A stretch of DNA of 63,753 bases, filler included. It is 8 parts of 8 records of this genome, joined end to end, with 100 filler letters (N's around TTAATTAATTAA, not from the genome) between each part and the next. Parts side by side here need not be neighbours in the genome. Positions count along the whole stretch, not along the records: positions 9,767 to 21,374 come from SRR7504441_743; positions 21,475 to 29,228 come from SRR7504441_758; 6 more parts are not named here. The stretch is one strand, 5' to 3'. A program made the translations under genes and the position numbers. This document shows positions 10,942 to 22,260 of this stretch, piece after piece; position 1 is the stretch's first letter, and each line of letters starts with the position of its first letter. The notes under the pieces are model-generated. The model did no database searches, was not told the origin of the DNA, and was given only the letters and a program-made list of their open reading frames with translations.

Positions 10942-13900
10942 ATGGAGACGGGGCACGACCCGCCGGGCGACCCGCCGGGGGATCCGCCGGGGATCTCGTT
11001 GCCCGAGGCCGACAGCCAGGAGGAGGATCCGGCCCAGGAGGACCGGGGCAGCACCCCTCCTGAAGACCCGGCGGACGAGCTGGACGACGACGACGGCGAG
11101 GCCGAGTTGCTGGCCGCAATGGCGCTATCGCTGGAGGCAAATCGGCGGGTGGCCGGCCGCAGCGCTGACGGGCCGGTCTACAGGTGGATCTGGACGGCAA
11201 CGCCTACCAATACGATGAGCAGACCGGCAAGGTGGAGTACCAACATGAGGCCGAGCCCGAGGCCCCGCCGGTCCCGGACCCAGAGGCGATGATCGCGGCG
11301 ATCCTGCGCGACAGTTGCACGCTCCCGCCCCAGCCGGCGCTCGAGACCGGCAACTTCTCGTGCCTCAAGGGCCACCCGCTCGTCCGGGAGGTGGGGGCCC
11401 CGCCCTGCCGGCCGCTGAGCCGGGCGAGCAGCACCGGGAGCGCAACTGGTGCGATCGGTGCAACGTGACGAGCACCAGCTTCCGGTGTGCGCACGGGTGC
11501 GACTACGATATCTGCCAGGTGGCGGCCCCCGCTGGTCCCTCGCTGACTGGGTGGTGAAGGCGTGCTGGGACAAGGAGCTGAGCATAGGCAAGCTCGGTCT
11601 GTTCGTCTCGCCGTTTCTGATGGACCAGTGCCTGCGGGGCGACGTGCCCGTCCACTGGGACCATCGGGTAGAGAGCGTTCAGGCGTTGATCCAAAACCAG
11701 GCGAGCGTCCCCCAGCCCTGCTTCTTAACCCAGCTGCAGGGGGTGCTGGCTGCGCACCTGAACGCCTCGACCCTGAATGTGCTCAAGCTGTGCCGTGGCG
11801 GGATCATCGATAGCCTGACGCTCGGGCTGAACAAGGACTCACAGATCGATGAAGCCCCGCTCAGTGGTGGCTGCACGCTCAGCCGGGCGTTGATCGGCCG
11901 GGCAGGGATCATGGAGCTCTGTCACATGGTGATCTGCTCACTGTCCGAGTGGCACCCGGGTGAGATCATCTCGATGTTCAAAGTGGTGGCGCCCAACGGG
12001 GTCGCGTACAGGCATACGCCACAGTTTGAGGATAGAAAGGAAATCCGGAAGGCGCCGATGCACGGCGTGTGGGTCTCAGGCAGGATGGTCAAAGGGGCGG
12101 ACGGGATATTCTTTGTGCGAGTGGAGCAGGGCTATTTGCCGATGAGCTCAACAGACGGCACTCAGCTGCTCGTGCCGGCCCCTCTGGCTTACCAAGTGTC
12201 TGGAGCCGGCTCCGAGGAGGCCAATGGGCAGTACTGGCTGATCCACCACGCGAGCTGGGCCAGCTACGAGGGGGTGCACCTGCCTGAGTTCACCACCAAG
12301 GCCCCGCTGGTCGGGGGCGCCGGCTTCCGGAGCCAGCAGCTCGAAGTCACGGGTGAGATGGACGAGGACACTGTCAAAGCGCTCAGAGGACTGCTCAACG
12401 CAAACCTCGGCCGTGTGCACTCCAAGCTGCTCACTCTGGACTCGGGCAGCCTGGACGAGTCGGTCATAAAAGTGCTGCAGGCCTTCTTGGTTTTGAGAGC
12501 CAAGAGCTGCTGGGTGGCCTCCGAAGGCGAGTCTGCTGTGCTGAAGCTTGAAGGGCAAGACACTCCTGTGGTGGTCAAGTCCAAAGCGAATGAGGACCAG
12601 GAGGTGACTGTGCAGGTCGATGGGTCGGAGGTGCTCATCCCGGTGGCTGCTCAGAGCCTCAAGCCGGTTGATCCAATCAAAGCGACAGGCGAGATGGACG
12701 GCCCAACCATCAGCCAGCTGCAGCTGTTTCTTAACAAACACATTGAGCTCTGGGGACCCAAGGCTGGTCTGAGTAACCTCAGCGTGGACGGTCAACTCGG
12801 ACCGGTCACAGTGTCGGCGCTCCAAGGTCTGATCAACTCTTGCTGGCACCCCACATCGCCCTGCCCCCGGTACTGCAAGAGCGAAGCCAACACAACAATG
12901 CTGCTGGATCGGCGTGGGGGCAAAGAGTGGTGGATCACCAAAACTTGCTCGCCCAGCACTCCGGAAGCAGCCGACCTCCAGAGCCCGGCAGTAGCTTATT
13001 ACTTTGCCAAGGGAATCGAAGATCAGCCCGACTCTCTCAGGTGGGAGTCCCAGGCAGATGGGCTGGCGCGGGCCATCGGCGCGATGAAGCTCCAGATGAG
13101 CCAGGAGCAAGACCAGGCCGCCATCAAGGAGCTCGAGCAGAGGATTGAGAATCTGGAGGATGCTGTGGCGTCTGGGATCACGGCGGCTGCGAGTGAGCCT
13201 GGAATCCCGATTGGTGACTCGCCCGCTCCAACGGTCCAACCAGCCGACTTCAACCCGATCGCTGAGGCCACTGAAGAGGTTCACATTGAGCGACAGGCAC
13301 AATCGTGGGCGCAACGGCTGCACAAGACAGTGATGGGCATCGGACAGAAAACAGAGAAAAGGATCGGCGAGGTGCTTGGAATGGGCGACTGTGTGCTGCT
13401 GGAGGACCTCCTGGCCCGATTCTACGAGCAGCCGCCTCTACTTGAGGTGGTGGTGGCCTTGACGGCCAAGCCTGCTGAAATCCGGTCCCAGCTGAGCTCG
13501 AGGCTTGCACGCTACAAGGCTGCCGTGAGACAGCTGATGCTGCGGTATCAGATGCAGTGCGCTGCAGAGCTGCTCCCGGGGCTTGTGGATTGCTTCTCAC
13601 TGGCCCAGCCGCCGCGGATCGAGAAGATGGTGCTGCGCGAGATCCATCACCTGCTGCTGCACTCGCCGCTCGAGGCCTTTGAGATGGTTCAACCCGAGAC
13701 GCGCGCCGCGCTCTTCTCTCTCACCCATCGGCTGATCCGGCGCAAGTCGCTGGCCGATGTGGTTATAGGGCTCAAGCTGGTCCGGGTGCTGCTCAGGTGG
13801 GCCGACGAGACTGCGTACGAGCTGCACAGGTTTGGGACACTCCAGGCAGTCGAGGCGCTCTATAGAGTGGAGCAGCAAGTGCAGATTGGGATGCGTCGGG

Positions 13901-16900
13901 TCATGTCTGGCACCACAAAACCGTCTGTGGTGCGAGAGCTCGCGGTCGTGGTGGCTCAGGACCTGGCCGCCAATTTCACCAAGATGAAGACAGATCTTCT
14001 ACCTCAGCCTCTAGCCCAGCTGGCACCAAGGATTCAGAGTGGCGATGGCTCCGCACTGGCAGATCTTGCAAAAATGCTTGAGGAGAAGGGGAGCATCACA
14101 GCGTTTGAGCTCTCAGAGTGTGGCATTCCTGCTGCACTGTCAGCCTACTTGAATGCCGAGCTAGTTTCCGTCAAGGAGCACAAACGGCGATGCAAGGAGC
14201 TGCGGATCAAGCTGAGGCGCGTGTTGCCGCTGCTGGTTATTTTGTTGCACGACGCGCTCTTCTTGCTGGAAGAACTCCCCGTGTACCGGCACCAGGCTGG
14301 AGGGGCGATTCATGGCGTCAAAAGCTTGTTGCATCCGTGCAAAGTAAGTCTGAGGAACATCAACCCAGAGATGGCCAGACTCTCATCCCCTACCAACAGT
14401 CCCGGAGCTGGATGTGTCCAGAGGCACTCACCAACTGCTGGCAAAGACAGCGAGCTGATGCCGCCGCCAGCTGCTCCAGCGGAGGCCGCGGAGCCAGAAG
14501 ATGAGGCACCAAGCCTGGTGCTCACTGTGCAGGGCGCAGGATCAGAGGAGGTCAACGGACGGTACGAAAGGTGCGGCACAAGCGACGGAGTGCCGATGTT
14601 CTGCCAGCCAGGAACCAACCTGTACATCCTGCGATGGCACAACGCCGGGACAGACTCCCGACCAGAGCATCAAGGCAAGGAGTGGTTTATTGCTGACCTC
14701 GGCCAGGAAGGTCAAGCGGGAAGTGCACACAACAACGTGGACTACTATGTTGCTGACAGCTGTGCTGCATTACCTCCAAGGAGCGGATGGTCCAATGCGC
14801 CTCGGTCCACGTTCAAATCCCCTCAAGGCCTCATGCCTCCGCCTGTCATCAAGGAAGGCTCTGCCCCAACAGGCGAGCAGAGGGGCCAGAGCTCGATGGT
14901 GTACGTGGAGCCACTCACCGAGTACTCACTGATCAAGTCGCATGTGCTACGAACAGCCGCCATCCAGGACCCCAAGTGGCAGCTCTTCTGCCGTGAGCTA
15001 GTCGGTGCGAGGGTTCAAGAGGACACAGGCCGTGTGGCTAAGGTTCTCGCTGTCCGGATGGTTGGTACAGGTCAGCTGGTGCACAAGCTTGAATACGAGG
15101 ACGACAACACATCGATATGGGTGGTGCTTGCAGTCCGATCGTTCTCCATCATACAACAAAGCCCTGCCGATGCACTAGCTGATTTTGAGACCGAGACGGC
15201 TCTTGAAGAGTCGTTGAGTATCAGAAACTGTTTAGTGAGTGTCAACTTCAGCAACCCCGAGCCGGAGGAGCAAGCTCCTGAAGAGGAAGAGGCAGAGGCC
15301 CCAGAAGCTACCAGCGAGAAAGAGGAACCTGACGATGGGGTGCCAGAGGCTTGGGCTGAACCGCTCGAGTTCTTGCTTGGGATGGGCTACGCAGCTCAGC
15401 TCACGGAAGTGTACAATATGACTGAGAAAGAGATTTGCCTAGCATGTCTGCACAAGGCTCAGGGCAATGGAATGGTTGCTTTCGAACTCCTTGAAAGCCA
15501 GAACATTCCAGCGCTGCCAGAGCCACCAAAAAGCTGCCCACCGCCACCTTCAAATGTGCTTTGGGAAGCCCAGGACGACGAAAATAATTGGAGGCCGTAC
15601 AGCCCGGAGGAGGCAGCTACCATCGAGGAAGCCAAGAACAATGGCCAGTCTGAGGTAGCTGATATCAGCTTCATGGGCGAAGTCGGAGTGCTCGACCTTG
15701 TCGAGATGGTTCAGAGAAGACCACAGGTGGCGAACTGCTAGTTTAACCCATCCATATTTATGGTGACTGACTATTGTATTGCAGGACGATGGCCAGAACT
15801 CAGTGCGGCGGCGTGACTTGCAAGCCGAAGCCGAGGCCACAGTGGCGCAGGGTATCGAAGCATCGCTGTCTCAGCTGCACAATGACAATGTGGCACACAA
15901 CAATCCTCTCTTGTTAGAACTGAGGCAGATGCGCGAAGGTGTCGACCTGGCTCCATGTACTGTTCAAGTAATCGCAAACTTTATGAGAGCTGTAGCACTG
16001 ACAGCACTGCAAGACATGCCACATGGACTCGCTGCAAGTGCCTATCAAGAAGCAGCTCTGATCTTCCTTTTGGGAGAGGTGGTGGAGAATGGCAGTCATC
16101 CTGCCTTGAGCTTCTTGATGTCTGTATTGAAGACTGTCACAAAAGCAGCCACATCTGATGGTGGTCATGGAGCTGATGTGCTCCGCACCAACCTTGAGAG
16201 CTTTCCGGTCGCGCTCTGCATGCAAACAGCCAAATCTGCTAATTGCAAGACGAGCAAGTCTCTGACTCCAGAGGAGCAAATTGTCGTGTCATGCATGTGC
16301 TGGTACACTGGAGCAATTCTGATGTACCATAGTTGTAAATCAGCAAGTGCTTACTCTTCAAAGGAAGTGCAATCTGTGCACGTTGACCATGCCATTGCAT
16401 CGACTCCTGAGCTGGCGTTTCTGCAGCGTACACTCTGCGACCGCTTATCCCAGGCACCAGCGCTTCCTGGTGCGCTTCAGAGCTTTCTCAGACTCATTAT
16501 GGCCCCGCTGCGAGCGGCCATCACTCAGGCCGATCCGGGCGAAGCACCTTTCGGGCATCGCGCAGGTGAGGAGTACACCTTTCAATCACGAGGTTTCATT
16601 GGGGGTGAGATCGAAATGCTTCTGGAACTACGGAAGCTTGCAACAGAGAGCAGCGTGCCGATCGCACGTGGCCAAACAGAGCACGAGGCTAGCACATTAG
16701 TATCGCGAGTTGCAGGTCTTTGTGATCTTGATGTGAGCACTGTAGACGACTGTGGTACACTCTATCTAAAGGCTCCACTGCCAAGAAAACGCACTGGATA
16801 CGAGCCTGGTTCGCGGGTGCAGGCCAAAGCTAGTTTCAACGACTCCTGGACGCCTGGGACTATTTTGGCTCGAAAAGACAGCGTACATTCCATCGTGTAT

Positions 16901-19900
16901 GACAACGGCGTCTTTGAGGAACACTTGCCGGAGGCTCGGATCCGTACAGCGGCAACTCACGAGAGCAATGCAAAGGTGCGCCATGCTGCCTTGATGCCTT
17001 GGCATCAGATGGGTGTGCTGTGTAGGGCCGGCCTATGGGGGGGCTGACGCTCAAGAGGGAGCTGACTGTCTTTGAGACTCACGACCAGGCACATCATGTG
17101 GAGCACACTAAGATCCTTGAAAGGAATGTAACACCAGCCGAGACAGCAAATTCTACTCCTGTTGCCTCAAAGCTCAACCTAAAGAGAATGCGAGTGCCAA
17201 CATTGGAGGTTGCATTTGCGCTTAAGCAGCCTGTTGCCGGCGGTGGTCACACAACCTGGTTGACTAAGCGGGCGATGCACGTGTGGCGCAAGCCAGATAG
17301 CCGGCATCCGCCCATTGGACAAGTTTTCAAACCTGGCTGGGTGCTCACAGTGGTGGAGCAGCGGCCGTGTGCAGCTTCAGAGCGGATGCCCCTTGATGCA
17401 ATGTGGCTCAAAGTGGCTGTCCCACAAGGTGGCCTTTGCATTCTAAACAGCACATTTACTGTAGCCTTTGCTCTAGGTGCTGCTGCCTCGTGGGTGCTAT
17501 CTCAAGATCGACAATATACATACGCAGTGCAGTGCGAAAGCGCTTCATCTGAGGCCAACATGCAAATCCCAGACCCACAGCTTGCTGCGCTGCCTCCAAA
17601 CATGGTGCTGCTAGCGCTGCTGACTCGCATTGACCGCTTGTTTGTGCAGACATTCTTCCAGTCGATTCACAACATGCTCAATTCCACAGATTTGTGGCAA
17701 GCGCAGCAGTTGTATGAGCTTCAGTACTGTGTCAGCGTGAAGGACCCACAGAAAGGCAACCTCACCCGCACTGCTAGCTGGAACGCTGGAGCACTGCTTA
17801 AAGGCCGCCTCCCGCCGTGGAACATAGACTCTGTGGAGCAGAAAGTAGCCGAGCTCGGGCTGACCCGAACAGCATTTGTCAAGCAGCTCCAAGAGCTAGC
17901 CAAGCGCGAGTGGCTCGATCGGATGGAGATGCTCGGTAAGCCGGAGGTTGTGGCTCAGCGCAATGACTGGGGGCGGCTCTTCATGGTATACCGCATGCTC
18001 TGTGGGACCGGTTTAACCCCCCGCAAGATGCGGAGCCCGTCAAAGCGGCGGGGCAAGCGCTCTTTTGATGAGGAACTGGAGTCAATTGGGCTGTCGAATC
18101 CCAATGCACGAGCAGTCGTGACTGCACTTGCAGAGTTATATAAGAGTGTTGGCTCTATGTGCCCCCCTTCAGCTTGGGTCAACCAACAACTCAGTCAAAA
18201 GCTCGCAGTACAGCTGGATGACGCCTTGGCAGTCGCAAGCTCGACTATCCCACCCTGGTGCCCACACCATAAGGCTGGTTTTGCCTGAGAGCTGGCTTAA
18301 TGTGCAGGTGTCACAAGGTATCTAAGCTTTGCACCTTTTTGCTCAACTTCGAGCACCGTCGGTCTCTATTTGAGTGCACCGCCTTTGGGACTTCGCACGC
18401 TGTATACTGGCTACAGGAGCGCGCAATTGACAAGGAAGCGGGGGAGACTCGCAAGCAATTTAAGGAGGCGGACCGCAGGAATCAGGAGTTCAATCGTAAG
18501 CTCGAGGCCGGAAAACTCACCGAAGAGGAGGCCTCGATCTGGCAGAATAAAATCTTGCCCGACCGTGAATACTTTTATGAGAATCTCAAGGCTCACCAGC
18601 TGGGCCAGTTGAAAGCAGTGATTCGCAAAATCCCTCATCTCAAGTCTGTCTCCTGTCTGCGGTATGCAGGAGAGCTGATAAAGCAGCATCGAGAAGTCAG
18701 CGCACAGCTTGAGGTGCAGTTTGAAGAGGACGGAGGAGGCGGGTTTGGTGACGGTGTTACTCAGGGATTCTACGCTCGAGTGGCCAAGCTATTGCAGCAT
18801 CACGAATACAACTTGATGTTTGACCTCTGGTCTGATGTTGGCGCGGAAGCTGCACAGAGTAGCGCGAGCTTGCTCAAAACTGAATCGGATCAGCTCATTC
18901 AGCGAAAGCAGGTGGATCCACTGGACATCGATGAGCCGCTGGAGGCCTTGAGTCAGGAAGTGGAATCGATGCTGATTCAAGGGGAGGGGAACAGTGCAAT
19001 GCAAGAGACTATTGTAGAGAGGGTACGCCGGTACAGGCTAGCAAAGAAGGCTGTGGAGGTGGTCGTGGGTAAGGTCGAGGAGGACATGGCCAAGCACTTG
19101 GATAAAGACCAGCAGGCGTCGAGTGAGAAGGGCTACAGTGAATGGCGGGTAGTGTTCAGTGATGGTATTAACGTGAGGACAAATCCAAGCTTGAGTGATG
19201 AGCGCGTCGCGATGGCACCACAGGGAACAATTGTTCATGTGACAGAGACTCGATCTGAGGATGGTGAATGGGTGCTCCTAGCTGATTGGCAAGGACAGAA
19301 GGACTGCTGGATGCGCTACAGGCGAGGCAATGAGCACTGGATTGTGCCAACCCGTGCCTACTTTGCAGAGGTCAATCATAATACGGAATTAATGGATAAA
19401 CAAAAGAGGCTCCGGAGGCTAATCGCCAAGGCCGAGTGCGTTCACGTGCCAGATTCTGGGTTGTTCCCTCGTGCAATTCTGCAGGACAACGGAACACGTC
19501 TGCAGAACATGTGTGCACAATTCAAATTCATTGGGCGCTTGCTAGCAACAGCACTGCGCGATAATTTTGTGGTCGGGCTGCCACTATCTGTGGAGATTTT
19601 CGCAGCCTTAAGAGGAGATCGGATCGGGACCGGGTCTTTGCCAAAGCCACATGAGACAGGGGGGATAGTGTCCGTCTGCCTGGCAATAGGGGAGGAGCTT
19701 GAAGCTGCAGGTGATCAGGCCTCTACTCCAGAGCAGAAAAGCCGACTTGTCGACCAGATACTAAACGGGCCTTGCAAAACTTATGTCGATTCGGAGGGAG
19801 TTCATCACATCCGCTTTGCAGGCGAGGATTTCATGGGTGAGGACATGACGCTACAGCAGTACTATGCTGCTGCGCCTCTTGCATTTGTGGATCCGTGCGA

Positions 19901-20585
19901 CACTTCCGATCAGCCACATGAGCTGTGTGCTGGAGGCGCTAAGATGGAGGTAGAGCTCACCGCCGACAGCCTGCTGGAATATGCGCAGCTGGTGACCAGC
20001 TGGTGGTTCGAGCAAGGAGTCAAGCGGCAGATCCAAGCCTTCTGTGAGGGAATTGATGAGGTGTTCCCTGTCAGCTCGCTGCAGGCGTTCTCCGCGGGAG
20101 AGTTGCAGAGGATGTTCTGTGGGGACCTTCAAATCAAGTGGGCAGCAGGGATGACCACCACCACCACTAGTCCAGAAAGTGTGAGAAAGCACGAGCTCCA
20201 AGCGCTGACTCGACACCTGAATGTGATGCGGCCGTACACGAAGGACAGCCCTGTCTTCAAGATGCTGCTTGCCGCGCTGGTTGAGATGGACAACGAGCAG
20301 CGTGGCGACTTCTTAGAATTCACAACTGCAAAGAGGTGCTCGGCACATTTGGTTTCACAGACTAACACTGTTTGTGTGTGCAGGTGTTTGCCGGTGAATG
20401 GGCTTGCAGCTGCTGGGATTACAATTGCTACTGAGAAAAAACCTGGCGATGTGCTGCCATTTGGTCAAACATGTACTAAGACCCTGCATATACCTCCGTA
20501 TGGCAGCCAGCAAGAGCTGCAAGCTGCACTCAAAGCCTCGATGCTGAATGGGTCTGAGGATGTCGGCTTTGTCGAGAGGGGGTAG
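10942..20585 (+). CDS. Large TRIP12/UFD4/UPL3-like HECT E3 ubiquitin ligase with UIM, ZZ-like finger, SH3b-like, PG-binding-like, UBA, WWE, histone-fold-like and Tudor modules
   Basis: TRIP12/UFD4-type motifs ITAFELSECGIPAALSAYL, WVNQQLSQKLAVQLDDAL…IPPWCHKVSKLCTFLLNFEHRRSLFECTAFG, LEVQFEEDGGGGFGDGVTQGFY, and C-terminal LPFGQTCTKTLHIPPY (catalytic Cys). About eight short introns reconcile the ORFs. Confidence 0.9.
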
Positions 20586-20786
20586 AACTTACTTGTACGT
20601 AGTCTATTATAGAATGATGCGATTAAAATTACGTGGACTTATAATTTATAGGCGTAATTTCGAATTCTCTTAGAATTCTCTAACACAACTGCAGACTCAA
20701 ACAGTATACATGCACTTCGAAAATCCAAACTCTCGGCGTCGATGAGGTTGGTTGTATGCCAATGACGTATCTTGAAATGACGCAAA

Positions 20787-21374
20787 TCAATCATCCCTCA
20801 GCGGATGGCCGTTGACGTGGAGCGGCTCACCCACGGCGTCCACGGGCCACGTTGCTTCACTTGGTGCAGTGTCTGGTATGGGGTTGCTGTGATCCGAGCT
20901 GATCCGACTTAGCTCAGCCTTACTTGGACTCGAATCATCAACAATTGTAGCGACGGCGGTCGTATTGGCCGGCTTGTCCAAGGAGGCTGATTCAGAGACA
21001 TCCTTCAAGGAATTTGTATCGGCATGTGGAGCTGGAAGAGCCTTGGCCTTGGCTGCATTTTTCCAATGAGTGCCGGCATACGCAACAGAGGGAATTGCTG
21101 CATGTTGCAGGTCAGTGTGAGACTCACACTCCCAAGCACTTTGCTGCCTGCTCAGGAGATCATTCACCTGGTTATAGAGCACCATCTTATCCGACAATAC
21201 GAGATTTTCTGGGTGCTCAGAATTGACCATGTGTGTGAAGAAGGCCGCAGGCTGTAGCATGCCGATGTCAAGAGCAGTTTCACCATCAAAGTTCGTCATG
21301 AGTGGACTAGCGCCCTCCCTCAACAACAATAATGTCGCAGAAAGTCGCCCCGCAAATGCTGCCCAGTGCAGCGG
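20787..21374 (-). CDS. Ankyrin-repeat protein, 3' part
   Basis: PLHWAAFAGRLSATLLLLREGASPLMTNFDGETALDIG ankyrin consensus at the contig edge. Confidence 0.75.
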   Translation of the reverse strand, partial: PLHWAAFAGRLSATLLLLREGASPLMTNFDGETALDIGMLQPAAFFTHMVNSEHPENLVLSDKMVLYNQVNDLLSRQQSAWECESHTDLQHAAIPSVAYAGTHWKNAAKAKALPAPHADTNSLKDVSESASLDKPANTTAVATIVDDSSPSKAELSRISSDHSNPIPDTAPSEATWPVDAVGEPLHVNGHPLRDD

Positions 21375-21474
21375 NNNNNNNNNNNNNNNNNNNNNNNNNN
21401 NNNNNNNNNNNNNNNNNNTTAATTAATTAANNNNNNNNNNNNNNNNNNNNNNNNNNNNNNNNNNNNNNNNNNNN
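21375..21474. other. Artificial contig linker
   Basis: 44 N + TTAATTAATTAA + 44 N. Confidence 0.98.
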
Positions 21475-21530
21475 AAGAATTGAGCACCCTCGAACTTCCC
21501 TCGTTTATGCACTCGTCAATCTAAGAATTC

Positions 21531-22088
21531 TTAGGGTACGGCGTTCATCCAGTGATAAGCAGCTGCAGATGCCCCTGTGGCAATGCTGTGCGAGTATGAC
21601 GGCGGAGAAATAAAATCGCATCGCTGCTCAGCACCTGGGTTACCGCATTGGTATGGCGGCGGGAGATCTCCACCGCCTTTCAAATGAAGCCTCATCCACT
21701 GGCGCGAGAGCCCCACCCGCCTCGCGCCAGTGATCCTGTCTGAGTCGATGCGCTGACCAGTGCCCACACATAGGTGCTCTCCCGCTGCCGCCGGTCTTGC
21801 TGCTTCGATGTCTCGTGCCACCGGAGAACTATTCCCTTCTGACCGGAAGAGAGGGTTGGGCTCCAACGAGCCGATCCCAACGGGGCCAACGAGCTCAGTG
21901 CCCCGAGCCAACGAGCAGGCCTGCTCTGATCCGCCGGATTCGTGCGGTGCTAGGAGCTCCATCGTCCCCATGATGCCATCGATGCCACGGAGCTGCCACC
22001 GCTGCCAGGCCGCCGAGCTCGCCAGCTCGGCCGGGAGCTCCATCGTGGAGGCTGAGCTTGGGGCAGTCTGTGCGGCCGATCCGTCCAT
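21531..22088 (-). CDS. Hypothetical protein
   Basis: 185-aa ORF, divergent from the kinase gene. No recognisable motif. Confidence 0.35.
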   Translation of the reverse strand: MDGSAAQTAPSSASTMELPAELASSAAWQRWQLRGIDGIMGTMELLAPHESGGSEQACSLARGTELVGPVGIGSLEPNPLFRSEGNSSPVARDIEAARPAAAGEHLCVGTGQRIDSDRITGARRVGLSRQWMRLHLKGGGDLPPPYQCGNPGAEQRCDFISPPSYSHSIATGASAAAYHWMNAVP

Positions 22089-22260
22089 GCCGTGTGTGCC
22101 CCGTGCGTGCCGGCGTGAAGGTCATCACGGGTTGCATCCTAGTTCTGTGGCGCCGAACTGGTGGCGCGAAACCGGAGTTACCGGTATTGGCCCAAAGTTA
22201 CTCTAACGGAAAGCGCGGGAAGCCAGAGTTGTGCAATCGGTGGTGGTAAGGGGAGCCAGC

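Noticed and set aside
12148-13323. Long antisense ORFs (this one and many others in the ORF track)
   Set aside because: Shadow ORFs of GC-rich coding sequence with no protein-like motifs.
463-20585. ATG11 and the HECT ligase as a xenophagy gene cluster
   Set aside because: They lie on different contigs separated by linkers, so the proximity is artificial.
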